DNA of 64,000 nucleotides from an uncultured Oscillospiraceae bacterium (GTDB lineage: Bacteria > Bacillota > Clostridia > Oscillospirales > Oscillospiraceae): NCBI GenBank assembly GCA_934589675.1, contig CAKTOF010000003.1:6865-70864 (forward strand). The letters run 5' to 3'. Below are positions 1 to 9,500 of this stretch, piece after piece. The first letter of the stretch is position 1. Each line of letters opens with the position of its first letter. The notes beneath the pieces were generated by a model. It made no database searches. It had not been told where the DNA came from and saw only the letters and a list, made by a program, of their open reading frames with translations. Both the position numbers and the translations under genes were made by a program.

Positions 1-1
1 G

Positions 2-445
2 CACAAGCGCTCGCGCAGCGAGGGCTTCGGCAAAGAAGTCCAGCGCCGCATCCTGCTCGGCACGTTCGCGCTCTCAACGGGCTATTACGACGCGTACTAC
101 AAAAAAGCGCTTCAGGTCAAGGCGCTCATCAAGCAGGCGTTCGACCGCGCGTTTGAAAAGTACGACATGATCCTCTGTCCCGTCGCGCCGACGACGGCTC
201 CGCGCCTCGGCGAGAGCCTGTCCGACCCGCTGAAGATGTACCTTTCGGATATTTATACCGTCTCGGTCAATCTCGCGGGCCTGCCCGGCATCTCCGTCCC
301 GTGCGGGTTTGACCGCGCCGGGATGCCCGTCGGCGGGCAGCTCATCGGCCGGCCGCTTGGCGAGCAGGCCATTTTGAACGCCGCGCACGCGTTCCAGTCC
401 GTCACGGACTTCCACCGCGCCGCGCCGAAAGGAGGCGACCGCTGA
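2..445 (+). CDS. gatA: Glutamyl-tRNA(Gln) amidotransferase subunit A, C-terminal part (5' end cut by window)
   Basis: Frame of ORF 167..445 stays open back to nt 2. It reads [43 protein letters not shown]...[12 protein letters not shown], the conserved GatA C-terminal region. Its stop overlaps the gatB start (TGATG). Confidence 0.9.
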   Translation, partial: HKRSRSEGFGKEVQRRILLGTFALSTGYYDAYYKKALQVKALIKQAFDRAFEKYDMILCPVAPTTAPRLGESLSDPLKMYLSDIYTVSVNLAGLPGISVPCGFDRAGMPVGGQLIGRPLGEQAILNAAHAFQSVTDFHRAAPKGGDR

Positions 446-1878
446 TGGCTTGGGAGATCGTCATCGGCCTTGAAACGCACGTCGAGCTGGCCACGAAGAC
501 GAAGATCTTCTGTTCGTGCACCACGCAGTTCGGCGGCGCGCCGAACACGCACTGCTGCCCGGTCTGCACCGGTATGCCCGGCTCACTGCCGGTCTTAAAC
601 CGCCAGGTCGTGGACTACGCCGTCCGCGCCGGCCTCGCCCTTGGCTGCGACATTACGCGCCACGCGCGCTTTGACCGCAAGAACTATTTCTATCCCGACC
701 TGCCGAAGGCGTACCAGATCTCGCAGCTCTACGAGCCCATCTGCCGCAACGGCCGCGTGCCCATCGAGGTCGGAGAGCATGAAAAGGTCATCCGCATCCA
801 CGAGATCCACATGGAGGAGGATGCGGGCAAGCTCGTTCACGACGAGTGGACGGAGCAGACGCAGTGCGACTACAACCGCTGCGGCGTCCCGCTCATCGAG
901 ATCGTCACGGAGCCGGACTTCCGCTCAGCCGATGAGGTCATCGCGTACCTTGAAAAGCTCAAGAGCACGCTCGAATACCTCGGCGTGTCCGACTGCAAGA
1001 TGCAGGAGGGCTCGCTGCGCTGCGACGTAAACCTGTCCGTCCGCCCCATGGGCTCAGACGAATTCGGCACGCGCACGGAGATGAAAAACCTCAACTCGTT
1101 CAAGTCCATCACCCGCGCCATCGCCTACGAGGCAGACCGCCAGATCGAGCTGATCGAGGAGGGAAAGCGCGTCGTGCAGGAGACGCGCCGCTGGGACGAC
1201 AACAAAGACCGCACGAGCGCCATGCGCTCGAAGGAAAACGCGCAGGATTACCGCTATTTCCCCGAACCGGACCTCGCGCCGATCGAGATTTCCGAGGACT
1301 GGCTGGAGTCCGTCCGCGCAAGCCTGCCGGAGATGGCGCGCGAGAAAAAGGCGCGCTATCAGGCCGAGTTCGGCCTGCCGGAGTACGACGCGGGCATCCT
1401 GACGGGCACGAAGGCGCTTGCCGACCTCTTTGAGCGCGCCAGCGCCCTGTGCGGCCGGCCGAAGGATGTGTCGAACTGGATCCTGGGCGACGTGCTCAAG
1501 GCCGTCAAGGACGCGGCCATCGAGCCGAAGGACATGGCGCTTACGCCGGAGAATCTGGCCGCCATCGTTGAAAAAGTCGCCTCCGGTGCTGTCAACCGCA
1601 AGGCCGGCCGCGAGATCCTCGCCGCCGCGTTCGCATCTCCCATCGACGTTGACGCCTTCATCGCCGAGCACGGCCTCGAGCAGGTGAGCGACACCGGCCT
1701 CGTCGAGCAGACAGTCGACGCCGTCTTCGCCGCCAACCCGCAGAGCCTTGCCGACTACAAGGCCGGCAAGACGAAGGCCGTCGGCTTCCTCGTCGGCCAG
1801 ACCATGAAGCAGCTGCGCGGCAAGGCCGACCCGAAGCTCGTCAACGAGACCATCGCCGCAAAGCTCGCCGCACTGTGA
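445..1878 (+). CDS. gatB: Aspartyl/glutamyl-tRNA amidotransferase subunit B
   Basis: 477 aa. N-terminus WEIVIGLETHVELATKTKIFCSC..., HMEEDAGK motif and a C-terminal GatB/YqeY-like tail. Translationally coupled to gatA. Confidence 0.95.
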   Translation: MAWEIVIGLETHVELATKTKIFCSCTTQFGGAPNTHCCPVCTGMPGSLPVLNRQVVDYAVRAGLALGCDITRHARFDRKNYFYPDLPKAYQISQLYEPICRNGRVPIEVGEHEKVIRIHEIHMEEDAGKLVHDEWTEQTQCDYNRCGVPLIEIVTEPDFRSADEVIAYLEKLKSTLEYLGVSDCKMQEGSLRCDVNLSVRPMGSDEFGTRTEMKNLNSFKSITRAIAYEADRQIELIEEGKRVVQETRRWDDNKDRTSAMRSKENAQDYRYFPEPDLAPIEISEDWLESVRASLPEMAREKKARYQAEFGLPEYDAGILTGTKALADLFERASALCGRPKDVSNWILGDVLKAVKDAAIEPKDMALTPENLAAIVEKVASGAVNRKAGREILAAAFASPIDVDAFIAEHGLEQVSDTGLVEQTVDAVFAANPQSLADYKAGKTKAVGFLVGQTMKQLRGKADPKLVNETIAAKLAAL

Positions 1879-1956
1879 TTTTCAAGAAAACCACTTGCAA
1901 ATTCTCTTCCCATATGCTAATATAACTGGGCTGGTGGAACTCCACCAGCCCAATAT

Positions 1957-2032
1957 CCGGGTGTGGCGCAGCTGGTAGCGCGCTTGACTGGGGGTCAAGA
2001 GGCCGCAAGTTCAAGTCTTGTCACTCGGACCA
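1957..2032 (+). tRNA. tRNA-Pro (anticodon GGG), CCA encoded
   Basis: 76-nt cloverleaf folded by eye. Acceptor CCGGGTG/CACTCGG (one G-U); D arm GCGC-AGCTGGTA-GCGC; anticodon stem CTTGA/TCAAG with loop CTGGGGG; T arm GCAAG-TTCAAGT-CTTGT; discriminator A plus CCA. Confidence 0.85.
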
Positions 2033-2066
2033 TCGGAGTATCCTTCGGGATACTCCGATTTTTTCT
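2033..2066 (+). terminator. Intrinsic terminator after tRNA-Pro
   Basis: Hairpin TCGGAGTATCC-ttcg-GGATACTCCGA followed by TTTTTTC. Confidence 0.8.
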
Positions 2067-2070
2067 TTTC

Positions 2071-2099
2071 TTGATTAGTTGCCAATATTCGGCTATAAT
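2071..2099 (+). promoter_or_regulatory. Sigma-A type promoter for the islet gene at 2139
   Basis: TTGATT (2071-2076), 17-nt spacer, TATAAT (2094-2099). Lies about 40 nt upstream of the ATG at 2139, which has a GGGGTG RBS. Confidence 0.6.
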
Positions 2100-2138
2100 G
2101 TCTATTAAAGAGTACAGAAACGATAGGGGTGTACATTT

Positions 2139-2720
2139 ATGGATATTATTGTTACTGCTTTATCTGTTGTCTTTTCTGGTGTTGTTGCAACTATGATCAC
2201 TATTTTTTATCAAAAGTTTTCTGGTGAGCGAACTGCAAAACGTAAAATATTTGAAACAGCAGTTTCTTACAGATTTTTCATTTGCGAAGAAGAAAATGTT
2301 AAATTGCTTAACTCAATCGATGTAATTTTTCACAAAGATCGGAAAGTTAGGCAAGCTTGGAAGTCCTATATGGATGAGGCAGATAAGCCTTCTTCAAATC
2401 CACAACTACTTAATGATAAATACATAAAATTGCTTGAAGAAATGGCGCTTTCATGTGGATATAAAGATATACGGTGGGATGATCTCAAGCGCTATTACTA
2501 TCCAATTGGCCTTTCTAATCGAAAAAACGATGATGAAGTTTTGAAAAAGCTGCAAATTAGGGCTGCAGAAAAAACTGCATCCGATACTGCTGACCAGCAA
2601 AATACTCCGCAAAATGAACAGTTCGCTCATCAAATGATGCTTGAACTATTGCCAAGGCTAATTGAAAATCCAGATAGCTTTAACAGACTAATAGAACTTG
2701 CGGATAAAACAAAAAAGTAA
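2139..2720 (+). CDS. Hypothetical protein with one N-terminal TM helix and a K/E/D-rich soluble domain (possibly DUF6680-like; not verifiable here)
   Basis: 193-aa ORF in a markedly AT-rich stretch. N-terminus IIVTALSVVFSGVVATMITIFY is hydrophobic. RBS and promoter are present. No motif recognised with confidence. Confidence 0.6.
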   Translation: MDIIVTALSVVFSGVVATMITIFYQKFSGERTAKRKIFETAVSYRFFICEEENVKLLNSIDVIFHKDRKVRQAWKSYMDEADKPSSNPQLLNDKYIKLLEEMALSCGYKDIRWDDLKRYYYPIGLSNRKNDDEVLKKLQIRAAEKTASDTADQQNTPQNEQFAHQMMLELLPRLIENPDSFNRLIELADKTKK

Positions 2721-2876
2721 TTGTACAGAGCGAAAGTATCAGTTTCATGCCCAGAGTTTGGTATTTTCGAATGAATACCTCTTGCCGACTACCAGCAAAC
2801 CGTTGATATATCTGTGTTTTTTGAGATCCTATGACCATTATCTGACTTTTCACGAAATTCAAACTGGAGATTGAAC

Positions 2877-3203
2877 ATGAACGAGCGAATTGCGGACACA
2901 CTTGATTTTACAGCCTGTAAATACATTCCCGAGCTGTACAAGGAAATGCGCGCAAAGATGGAATGGGACGATGATTTCGGAGAAAACTTGAGCGCGTTGT
3001 GGGATATTCTCACCGGAATGCCTTATAAGGGCGATGATTTTACGATCATCCGTCCGGTCAGATTTGAAAATGTTCCCCATGGGCAAAATGACATCTTCAC
3101 CGAATATGTGGACAAACTGTGCGCAATCTTCCAACGCGCACGGGATCGGTATGGGGATATTACGGCAACCATTCGTTATACTGACTCTGAGAAAAATAAT
3201 TGA
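2877..3203 (+). CDS. Barstar-family ribonuclease inhibitor-like protein
   Basis: Helix motif FGENLSALWDILTG matches the barstar core YGENLDALWDCLTG. Size (108 aa) and beta-alpha order are barstar-like. ATG at 2877 follows the TGGAGA RBS; the ORF track starts at TTG 2871. Confidence 0.7.
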   Translation: MNERIADTLDFTACKYIPELYKEMRAKMEWDDDFGENLSALWDILTGMPYKGDDFTIIRPVRFENVPHGQNDIFTEYVDKLCAIFQRARDRYGDITATIRYTDSEKNN

Positions 3204-3334
3204 TCGAATTATTTAATTTAACGGATAAAAGCTCTTGCTGACTGCCTGTGAACCATTGATATGACAGAACTTTTCCAAGTCCTAATGTCATTTCTCGCAC
3301 AATTTAACAGTGCGCGTCATTTGGCGCTGAAATC

Positions 3335-3376
3335 AAAAAAGCCGCTGCCCGGTTTGACCGGGCGGCGGCTTTTTTG
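3335..3376. terminator. Bidirectional intrinsic terminator (islet genes on + / XRE gene on -)
   Basis: AAAAAAGCCGCTGCCCGG-tttga-CCGGGCGGCGGCTTTTTT: a GC stem flanked by an A-run and a T-run. Confidence 0.8.
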
Positions 3377-3398
3377 CCAGCGGGCGCGGGCAGCGCTC

Positions 3399-3710
3399 TT
3401 ATTTTTTGCTCAGACGCTCGATGAGCGCCAGCACAAGCGCGGCGTCTTCCCCATTGAGCGTGCGAAGACCCGCAAGGGCTTTGCATTCGAGCGCGGGCTG
3501 CGCGGAGCCCTCGTCGAAGAACTGCTGCGGCGTGATCTCAAAATAGTCGCAGATCGCGAAAAACTCCCGGAACGGCGGCAGCGCCTTTCCGGAGGAGATG
3601 TTATAGACGTAGCCCCGGCTGTGGCCGAGGTCGTAGCTCATTTTATATTCCGAGACGCCTTTTTTCAGCCGCAGCTGCGTGATGCGTTCGCGCACGAATT
3701 CTTCCGTCAT
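3399..3710 (-). CDS. XRE-family helix-turn-helix transcriptional regulator (SinR-sized)
   Basis: 103 aa. ITQLRLKKGVSEYKMSYDLGHSRGYVYNISSGKALP is a classic HTH_3/XRE motif, followed by a ~35-aa C-terminal helical tail. RBS is GGCAGGAGG. Confidence 0.85.
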   Translation of the reverse strand: MTEEFVRERITQLRLKKGVSEYKMSYDLGHSRGYVYNISSGKALPPFREFFAICDYFEITPQQFFDEGSAQPALECKALAGLRTLNGEDAALVLALIERLSKK

Positions 3711-3785
3711 GATGGCACCTCCTGCCTCTCACTATCATATCCATTCGACGATTTCGTATAGTCGTAAAATATTTGTCAAAAAGTA

Positions 3786-3814
3786 TTGAATAGCCTAAAA
3801 ATATGTGTTATCAT
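3786..3814 (+). promoter_or_regulatory. Candidate promoter of the sipW operon
   Basis: TTGAAT (3786-3791), 17-nt spacer, TATCAT (3809-3814) preceded by TGT. Leaves a ~160-nt AT-rich leader before the sipW ATG at 3980. Confidence 0.5.
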
Positions 3815-3979
3815 GATGGAAATAATCATAAATTATTGGATGAAATTCCTGATTCGACAAAGATTAATGGACGCGAGTACAATAAATGGAAAAAGAAGGA
3901 GGCTGCGCGCTTGTTCGACGGCTTTTTTGACCGGGCGATGCTACCATTTCTTCAGACCGAGAGAGAAAGGGGTTTCCAC

Positions 3980-4546
3980 ATGAAAAAGGCGATCAGAATG
4001 ATCTGGAACGCGGCCTCGTGGGCGCTCGTCGCGGCCATTGCGGCGCTGGCGGTGCTGCTGGCGGGCGCGCGGCTTGTCGGCCTTCAGGTCTACAGCGTGC
4101 TCTCCGGCTCCATGGAGCCGGCGTACAGAACGGGCGCGATCGTCTATGTGAAGAAAATCGAACCTGAGGACATCGTGCCGGGGACGGTCATCACGTTTGC
4201 GCTCGACGAAAGCACTGCCGCGACGCACCGCGTCGTGGAGGTCGTGCCGGATGAGGCGGATCCGGACGTGCTGCGCTTTCGAACAAAGGGCGACGCGAAT
4301 GACGCGGTCGACGGTGCGCTCGTGCATGAAAGCAACGTCATCGGCACGCCGGTCTGGACGATCCCGTACCTCGGCTACGCGGCAGAATTTCTGCAAAAGC
4401 CGGCCGGGCGGGTGCTGACGGTCGGCATTGGTGCGCTGGCGGCGCTGAGCGTGCTGCTGCCGGAGCTCGTCTGCCGGCAAAAACAGGGAGGGAAACGCCG
4501 AAAGGCTCCCGATATTGAATCTCATCAAGGAGGAACCGGAAGATGA
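3980..4546 (+). CDS. sipW: Signal peptidase I, SipW (archaeal/ER S26B) type
   Basis: MKKAIRMIWN + TM helix; Ser box VLSGSMEP; His box ATHRVVEV; GDAND box; C-terminal TM anchor. The ORF-track start at 3803 is rejected in favour of ATG 3980 with an AAAGGGG RBS. Confidence 0.85.
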   Translation: MKKAIRMIWNAASWALVAAIAALAVLLAGARLVGLQVYSVLSGSMEPAYRTGAIVYVKKIEPEDIVPGTVITFALDESTAATHRVVEVVPDEADPDVLRFRTKGDANDAVDGALVHESNVIGTPVWTIPYLGYAAEFLQKPAGRVLTVGIGALAALSVLLPELVCRQKQGGKRRKAPDIESHQGGTGR

Positions 4547-5097
4547 AAACTAAAACAGGCCGCAGGGCGATCATTGTAACGCTCTGCGCGCTGCTGCTCG
4601 TCGGTGCGTCGGTGCTGGGCACTGTGGCCTACCTGACAGCGACGACGGCGGCAAGGGAAAACACGTTTACATACGGCGACATCGGCCTGACGCTCGACGA
4701 AACGACGGGCGCAAGCTACAAGATCGTCCCGGGCGTGGACATCGAAAAGGACCCGGCCGCTACGGTCGCGGCGGGCAGCGAGGATTGCTGGCTGTTCGTG
4801 AAGGTCGAGCAGACGGGCGAATTCCTGACGGGCGTCAGCTACGAGATCGACGACGGCTGGACGGCGCTGCCGGGCGAGGACGGCGTCTATTACCGTCAGG
4901 TCGACGAAGCGACGACCGAGCAGACGTTTTCCGTCCTCAAGGGCGACAAGATCACTGTGAGCACGGATATTACGAGTGCCCAGATCGCCGCGCTGACGGG
5001 CGACAACAAGACCCCGAAGCTCAAGTTCACAGCGTATGCCGTGCAGCAGGCCGCGGTCGACACGGCGGCGGAGGCATGGGCCATCGTCAGGCCGTAA
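4543..5097 (+). CDS. TasA/camelysin-like secreted protein with SipW-cognate signal peptide (paralogue 1)
   Basis: 184 aa. Signal ...LGTVAYLTATTAARENTFTYGDIGL; C-terminal AVQQAAVDTAAEAWA motif shared with the other three paralogues. ATGA overlap with sipW. Confidence 0.75.
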   Translation: MKTKTGRRAIIVTLCALLLVGASVLGTVAYLTATTAARENTFTYGDIGLTLDETTGASYKIVPGVDIEKDPAATVAAGSEDCWLFVKVEQTGEFLTGVSYEIDDGWTALPGEDGVYYRQVDEATTEQTFSVLKGDKITVSTDITSAQIAALTGDNKTPKLKFTAYAVQQAAVDTAAEAWAIVRP

Positions 5098-5123
5098 TTT
5101 AATTTTGAGAGGACGATACATAC

Positions 5124-5882
5124 ATGAAACGGAACATCATCATCAGCTGCCTGTGCCTTGCGCTGGCCGTCATGGCAGCGGCGGGCGCGTCGCTTGCGTA
5201 CTTCACGGACACGAAGGCGGCGGAGAACACGTTCACCGTCGGCGACGTGAAGATCGACCTGCTTGAGTCGGGCCTGCACCGCGAGAACGCGGGCTACGAG
5301 ACCGGCGAAACGCCCGCTCCGAGCAACGCCGAGCTCTGGTCGGACGTCGAAAAGCTCGGCTCGGGCAGCGACAGCCCCTATCGGGCCGGTGACACATTTT
5401 ACACCGACGACCAGATCAAGGCCGACGCCGCAGATTACACCTGCGAGAACGTCCGTCTGAATCCCGGCCAGAGCTACCACAAGATGCCCTACGTTGTGAA
5501 TACGGGCAAAAACGATGCGTATATCCGCATCCGCGTCATGCTCCCGGCGGCGCTTGACACGGCGGTGCTCAATTCCAGCATGTATACAACGACGGCTGTG
5601 CGCAGCGGCGAGTTCACGATGGCCTATGACGACTCCGGCGCGGTCGTGCGCGATGGCGTGGCCTACAACGTCTACACATTTACGCGCACAGCTGCGCTCA
5701 AGCCCGGCCAGATGACGTACTGGAACGTCTGGGGTACGGTGCACATGGACGCGGACGTCACCGGCGAGGAGCTTTCCGACCTTCTGCCGGAAGGGACGTT
5801 CTCCGTGCTCGTCGAGGCAGATGCCATTCAGGCGGACGGCTTTGCCGACGCGGCGGCGGCATGGGCCGCATTCGACGCTTGA
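5124..5882 (+). CDS. TasA/camelysin-like secreted protein with SipW-cognate signal peptide (paralogue 2)
   Basis: 252 aa. ...GASLAYFTDTKAAENTFTVGDVKIDL is the textbook SipW-cognate motif. C-terminus is DAIQADGFADAAAAWAAF. Confidence 0.8.
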   Translation: MKRNIIISCLCLALAVMAAAGASLAYFTDTKAAENTFTVGDVKIDLLESGLHRENAGYETGETPAPSNAELWSDVEKLGSGSDSPYRAGDTFYTDDQIKADAADYTCENVRLNPGQSYHKMPYVVNTGKNDAYIRIRVMLPAALDTAVLNSSMYTTTAVRSGEFTMAYDDSGAVVRDGVAYNVYTFTRTAALKPGQMTYWNVWGTVHMDADVTGEELSDLLPEGTFSVLVEADAIQADGFADAAAAWAAFDA

Positions 5883-5967
5883 TTGCCGGTCTGCACCTGC
5901 GGGTGCAGACCGCAGGGAAGGGCCCGCGCGGGCGGGTCTTTCCCTGCGAGCGAGGGGAGGTAGGAAG

Positions 5968-6534
5968 ATGAGACGAAGAATTCTGCTTGCAGCGGCGCTG
6001 GCGCTGCTCGTTCTCAGCACCGCCGGAACGGCGGCGTATTTCAGCGCGGAGGCGCGTGCGGAGAATTTTATCACGAGCGGCAAGGTCGACATCGCACTGC
6101 GCGAGTGGGCCGACGAGGGGGAGACGCTGCCGTATGAGGACGTGTCCGGCGTCATGCCGGGAACGGCGGTCACAAAGATCGCCGTCGTGGAGAACACGGG
6201 CAGCGCGCCCGTCTGGGTGCGCGTGCGGCTGGAAAAAAGCGTCACGGGCGCGAACGGCGCGAAGCTGGACGCATCGGCCGTTGGGCTTGCGCTCGGGAAC
6301 CGCGGCTGGACGGACGGGGATGACGGGTACTATTACTATGACCGTCCGCTCGCACCCGGAGAGACGACGGAGCCGGTGCTGACGGGCGTGGAGTTTTCGC
6401 CGGAGATGGGCAATGCCTATCAGGGCGCGCGGGCGCAGGTCGACGTGCGCGCCTGTGCCGTGCAGACGGCGAACAACGGCGCGTCCGCGCGCGAGGCGGC
6501 CGGATGGCCGGCCGCCGAAGCAAAGGGGGAATGA
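5968..6534 (+). CDS. TasA/camelysin-like secreted protein with SipW-cognate signal peptide (paralogue 3)
   Basis: Start moved to ATG 5968 (RBS GAGGGGAGG). MRRRILL...GTAAYFSAEARAENFITSGKVDI; MPGTAVTKIAVVENTG; GNAYQGARAQVDVRACAVQ. Confidence 0.75.
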   Translation: MRRRILLAAALALLVLSTAGTAAYFSAEARAENFITSGKVDIALREWADEGETLPYEDVSGVMPGTAVTKIAVVENTGSAPVWVRVRLEKSVTGANGAKLDASAVGLALGNRGWTDGDDGYYYYDRPLAPGETTEPVLTGVEFSPEMGNAYQGARAQVDVRACAVQTANNGASAREAAGWPAAEAKGE

Positions 6535-6537
6535 CGG

Positions 6538-9500
6538 ATGAATCGGCGAATCACTGCGCTTGCGCTGTGCGCCGCAACGCTTTTGGCCGTGCTGCCGTGC
6601 GGGACGGCCGCGGCGGAGACGGCGTCCTGGATCAAATGCGCCGGTGAGGCTGCGGAAACGGTTATGCTGGACGCGGCGCAGCGGCAGACGATCACGGCGC
6701 GCACGGACGCAGACGGGCAGTGGCAGATCGCCTGCGGCGACATTTGGGCGGACATTGCCGGACAGACGGAAAAGACGCTTACCGTGAGCTACGCGCTCAT
6801 TGCCAGCGCGCTCGACGGGGAAAGCGCCATGCTCCGCTATGCCTGCGGCGGACAGGTGATTGCGGGGCCGGTCACGGTCACGCTTGCGCCGGCGGACGCG
6901 GACGTGCCGGCGGACGTACAGCGCGCGGCAGCAGCAGAGCCGGCGGCATCGGACGAGGCGGCACTGACGGCGGAGGCCGCGCCGCAGGCGGGGCTGTACA
7001 CGGTCACTGTTGAGTACATGCTCTCTTCCGGCGAGCGCGCCGCGCCGAGCTGGACGGCGCAGCTGAGCGCCGGCAGCGCGCTGCGCCAGACGGTGCTCAG
7101 CCCCGCCGTCACGGGCTATGCGCCGGATCAGGAGGCAGTCGAGCTCGACATTGAGAGCCTGGAGGGCGACCGCAGCATCGTCGTGACCTATTATCCGGCC
7201 GAGACGACGTTCACCGTTCTGCACTATTACCAGCGTGTGGACGCAGACGACTATGAGCTTGCCCGGAGCCAGACCCGCACCGGCCGGACAGGCGACCCGG
7301 TCGGCGACGGCCTTACGGACACGCCGGAGGGCTTCTATGCAATGCGGTACGACGCGTCGACGCGCATCGCAGCCGACGGAAGCACGGTCATTGAGCTCTA
7401 TTATGACCGCTATTACTACCTTATGCGCTTCGACCTCGGCGGCGGCTACGGCGTCGAGCCCGTATACGCGCGCTACGGCGCGCCGATTGCGGCGGGGACT
7501 CCGACGCGCGCAGGCTATACGTTCCTCGGCTGGGATCCGCAGGTGCCGGAGACGATGCCCGCGGAAAACGCAACGCACACCGCCCTCTGGAGCGAGGGCA
7601 CGGCGGGCTTTACCGTTGTGTTCTGGTATGAAAACGCCGATGACGACGGCTATTCCGCCGCCGGGACGTACACGCCGGCCGATGTGCCGCCCGGAACGAC
7701 GGTTTCAAGTGAGGATTATCAGAATCAGGCATTCGACGGCCGCGACGCGGCGCATTTTACATACAATGCTGCAAAGGCGGAGACTGCCACCGTTGCGGGC
7801 GACGGGTCGGCGGTGCTGAATGTCTTTTTTTTGCGGAATGAGTATACGCTGACGTTCAAAGGCAGATACACCACATACAAGACGATCACGGCGAAGTACC
7901 AGCAGGACATCCATGTAGAGTTTCCGATCAAGGATGGAAATCAGACGATCTGGTGGACGGTTCCGGACGACTGCACAACGTATGTTCCCGGCAATGAGCT
8001 TGGCAGCATCGACATCATGCCGGGTGAGAATATCACGTTTACACGCGCAGATGCGACCAGCAGAACGTGGCTGTGGTACTACGTCGAGACGCTCCCGGGC
8101 GAGACGGCGGACGCGACATACGGCGGGAAGAGCTTCAAGCTCTATAAGAAGATCAACTGCGACGGGACGTCCACGCTGACGAGGAAAGAGGAGTTCCACG
8201 CCATCCGCGGCTTTACGCAGTGGCGCTCTGACCCGGTGTTTGATTCAGAAGGCAAGGCAGAGCAGAAGCGGAACAACTATTTCTACTACGCCCGCGATTC
8301 CTACACGCTGCAGTTTTTCAATTACAACGCCTATGTGACAGACAAAGAGGCGAGCGTGCTCTACGAAGCGCCGCTCGGCGGCTATGACTTCACGCCGGAC
8401 TGCCCGGCGGGCCTTGAAAAGGACGCATATGTCTTTGACGGCTGGTACCGCACGGCCGGGTGCTATGAGGGCTCGGAGGCGGATCTTTCCGAGATGACGA
8501 TGCCCGCGTCTGACCTCATTTTGTACGCGCGCTGGACGCCGAAGAGCCACCGCGTGCGGACGTACCTCAGCGAGAGCGCATTGACTGCGGGCGGCGCGGC
8601 GCTCGGCACATGGGATACCGTCCCGCACGGCACAGCCGTTGAAAGCCCGCCGGACGATCCGGCGCGGGAGGGCTATCGCTTTGTCGGGTGGTTTTACCGC
8701 GGGGCGGACGGCGCCGAGCACGCGTATGACTTTTCCATCCCCGTCACGCGCGATCTGGAGCTTTACGCGAAGTGGAGCTCCGACACGCTCGTGGCCTACA
8801 CCATCCGCTATCGGCTCGCAGACGGCACGCACGTCGCGCCCGACACAACGGGCTACGCGCCCGGCGGCGCGACGCGCACATTCGCGGCCAAGGCCGGGAC
8901 GGAGCTGTACGCAGGCTATCAGACCGGCTATTTTCCGAATGTGGCCAGCCACTCGCTGACGATGGACTTAGACGACGCGGCGCAGAACGAGTTTACATTC
9001 ATCTACGAACCGGCCGGAAAGCTGCCATACACCGTGCGGTATCTCGAGCGCGGAACGAATGCCGCGCTGCACGAGGAAAAGCAGGCTGAAACATCCGACG
9101 CCATCGTGACGGAGCGCTTCGTCGCCGTGGACGGCTACGCGCCGGACGCGTATGAAAAGCGGCTCATCCTCACGACGGACACAAACGAGCTGATCTTCTG
9201 GTACGACCGCGACGACGCCCACGCGCCGGTGCGCACGGTGCACTATGTGCAAAACGTCGCGGGCGACGGGTACACCGTCTACCGCGCGAGCGAGGACGCC
9301 GGCGGGGTCATCGGACAGACCTATGACGCGGCGCCGCTTGCGCTTGCGGGATTTACTTATCAGGCGGAAAAGAGCACGCCGTCCGGCGTGCTGACGGCGG
9401 CAGGACTGCTGCTTACGCTGTATTACGACCGCGCCCTGTACCCCTACGAGGTGCGCTATCTTGAGCTCGGCACGGAGAAGCCGCTGGCGAATCCTACCGA

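Noticed and set aside
1963-2196. 77-aa ORF starting inside tRNA-Pro
   Set aside because: It overlaps the tRNA, its terminator and the islet promoter, so it is not a plausible gene.
2033-3376. Intact prophage/ICE or toxin-antitoxin annotation for the AT-rich islet
   Set aside because: There are no integrase, recombinase, replication or structural genes, and no recognisable toxin. Only a remnant-with-cargo interpretation is supportable. The candidate attR match is weak.
3261-3761. 166-aa plus-strand ORF
   Set aside because: It runs through the bidirectional terminator and is antisense to the XRE regulator, which has a clear HTH motif.
3743-3858. ATTCGAC direct repeats and ATCATGAT palindrome as defined operator sites
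   Set aside because: 7-8-mers in AT-rich DNA can recur by chance. They are mentioned only as candidates within the regulator finding and are not annotated as features.
4896-7578. Long minus-strand ORFs (449 aa at 4896-6245, 606 aa at 5758-7578) opposite the TasA-like and adhesin genes
   Set aside because: They are Arg/Ala/Pro/Gly-rich low-complexity translations, typical of antisense frames in GC-rich DNA. They have no RBS or recognisable motif, while the + strand carries clear signal peptides and domains.
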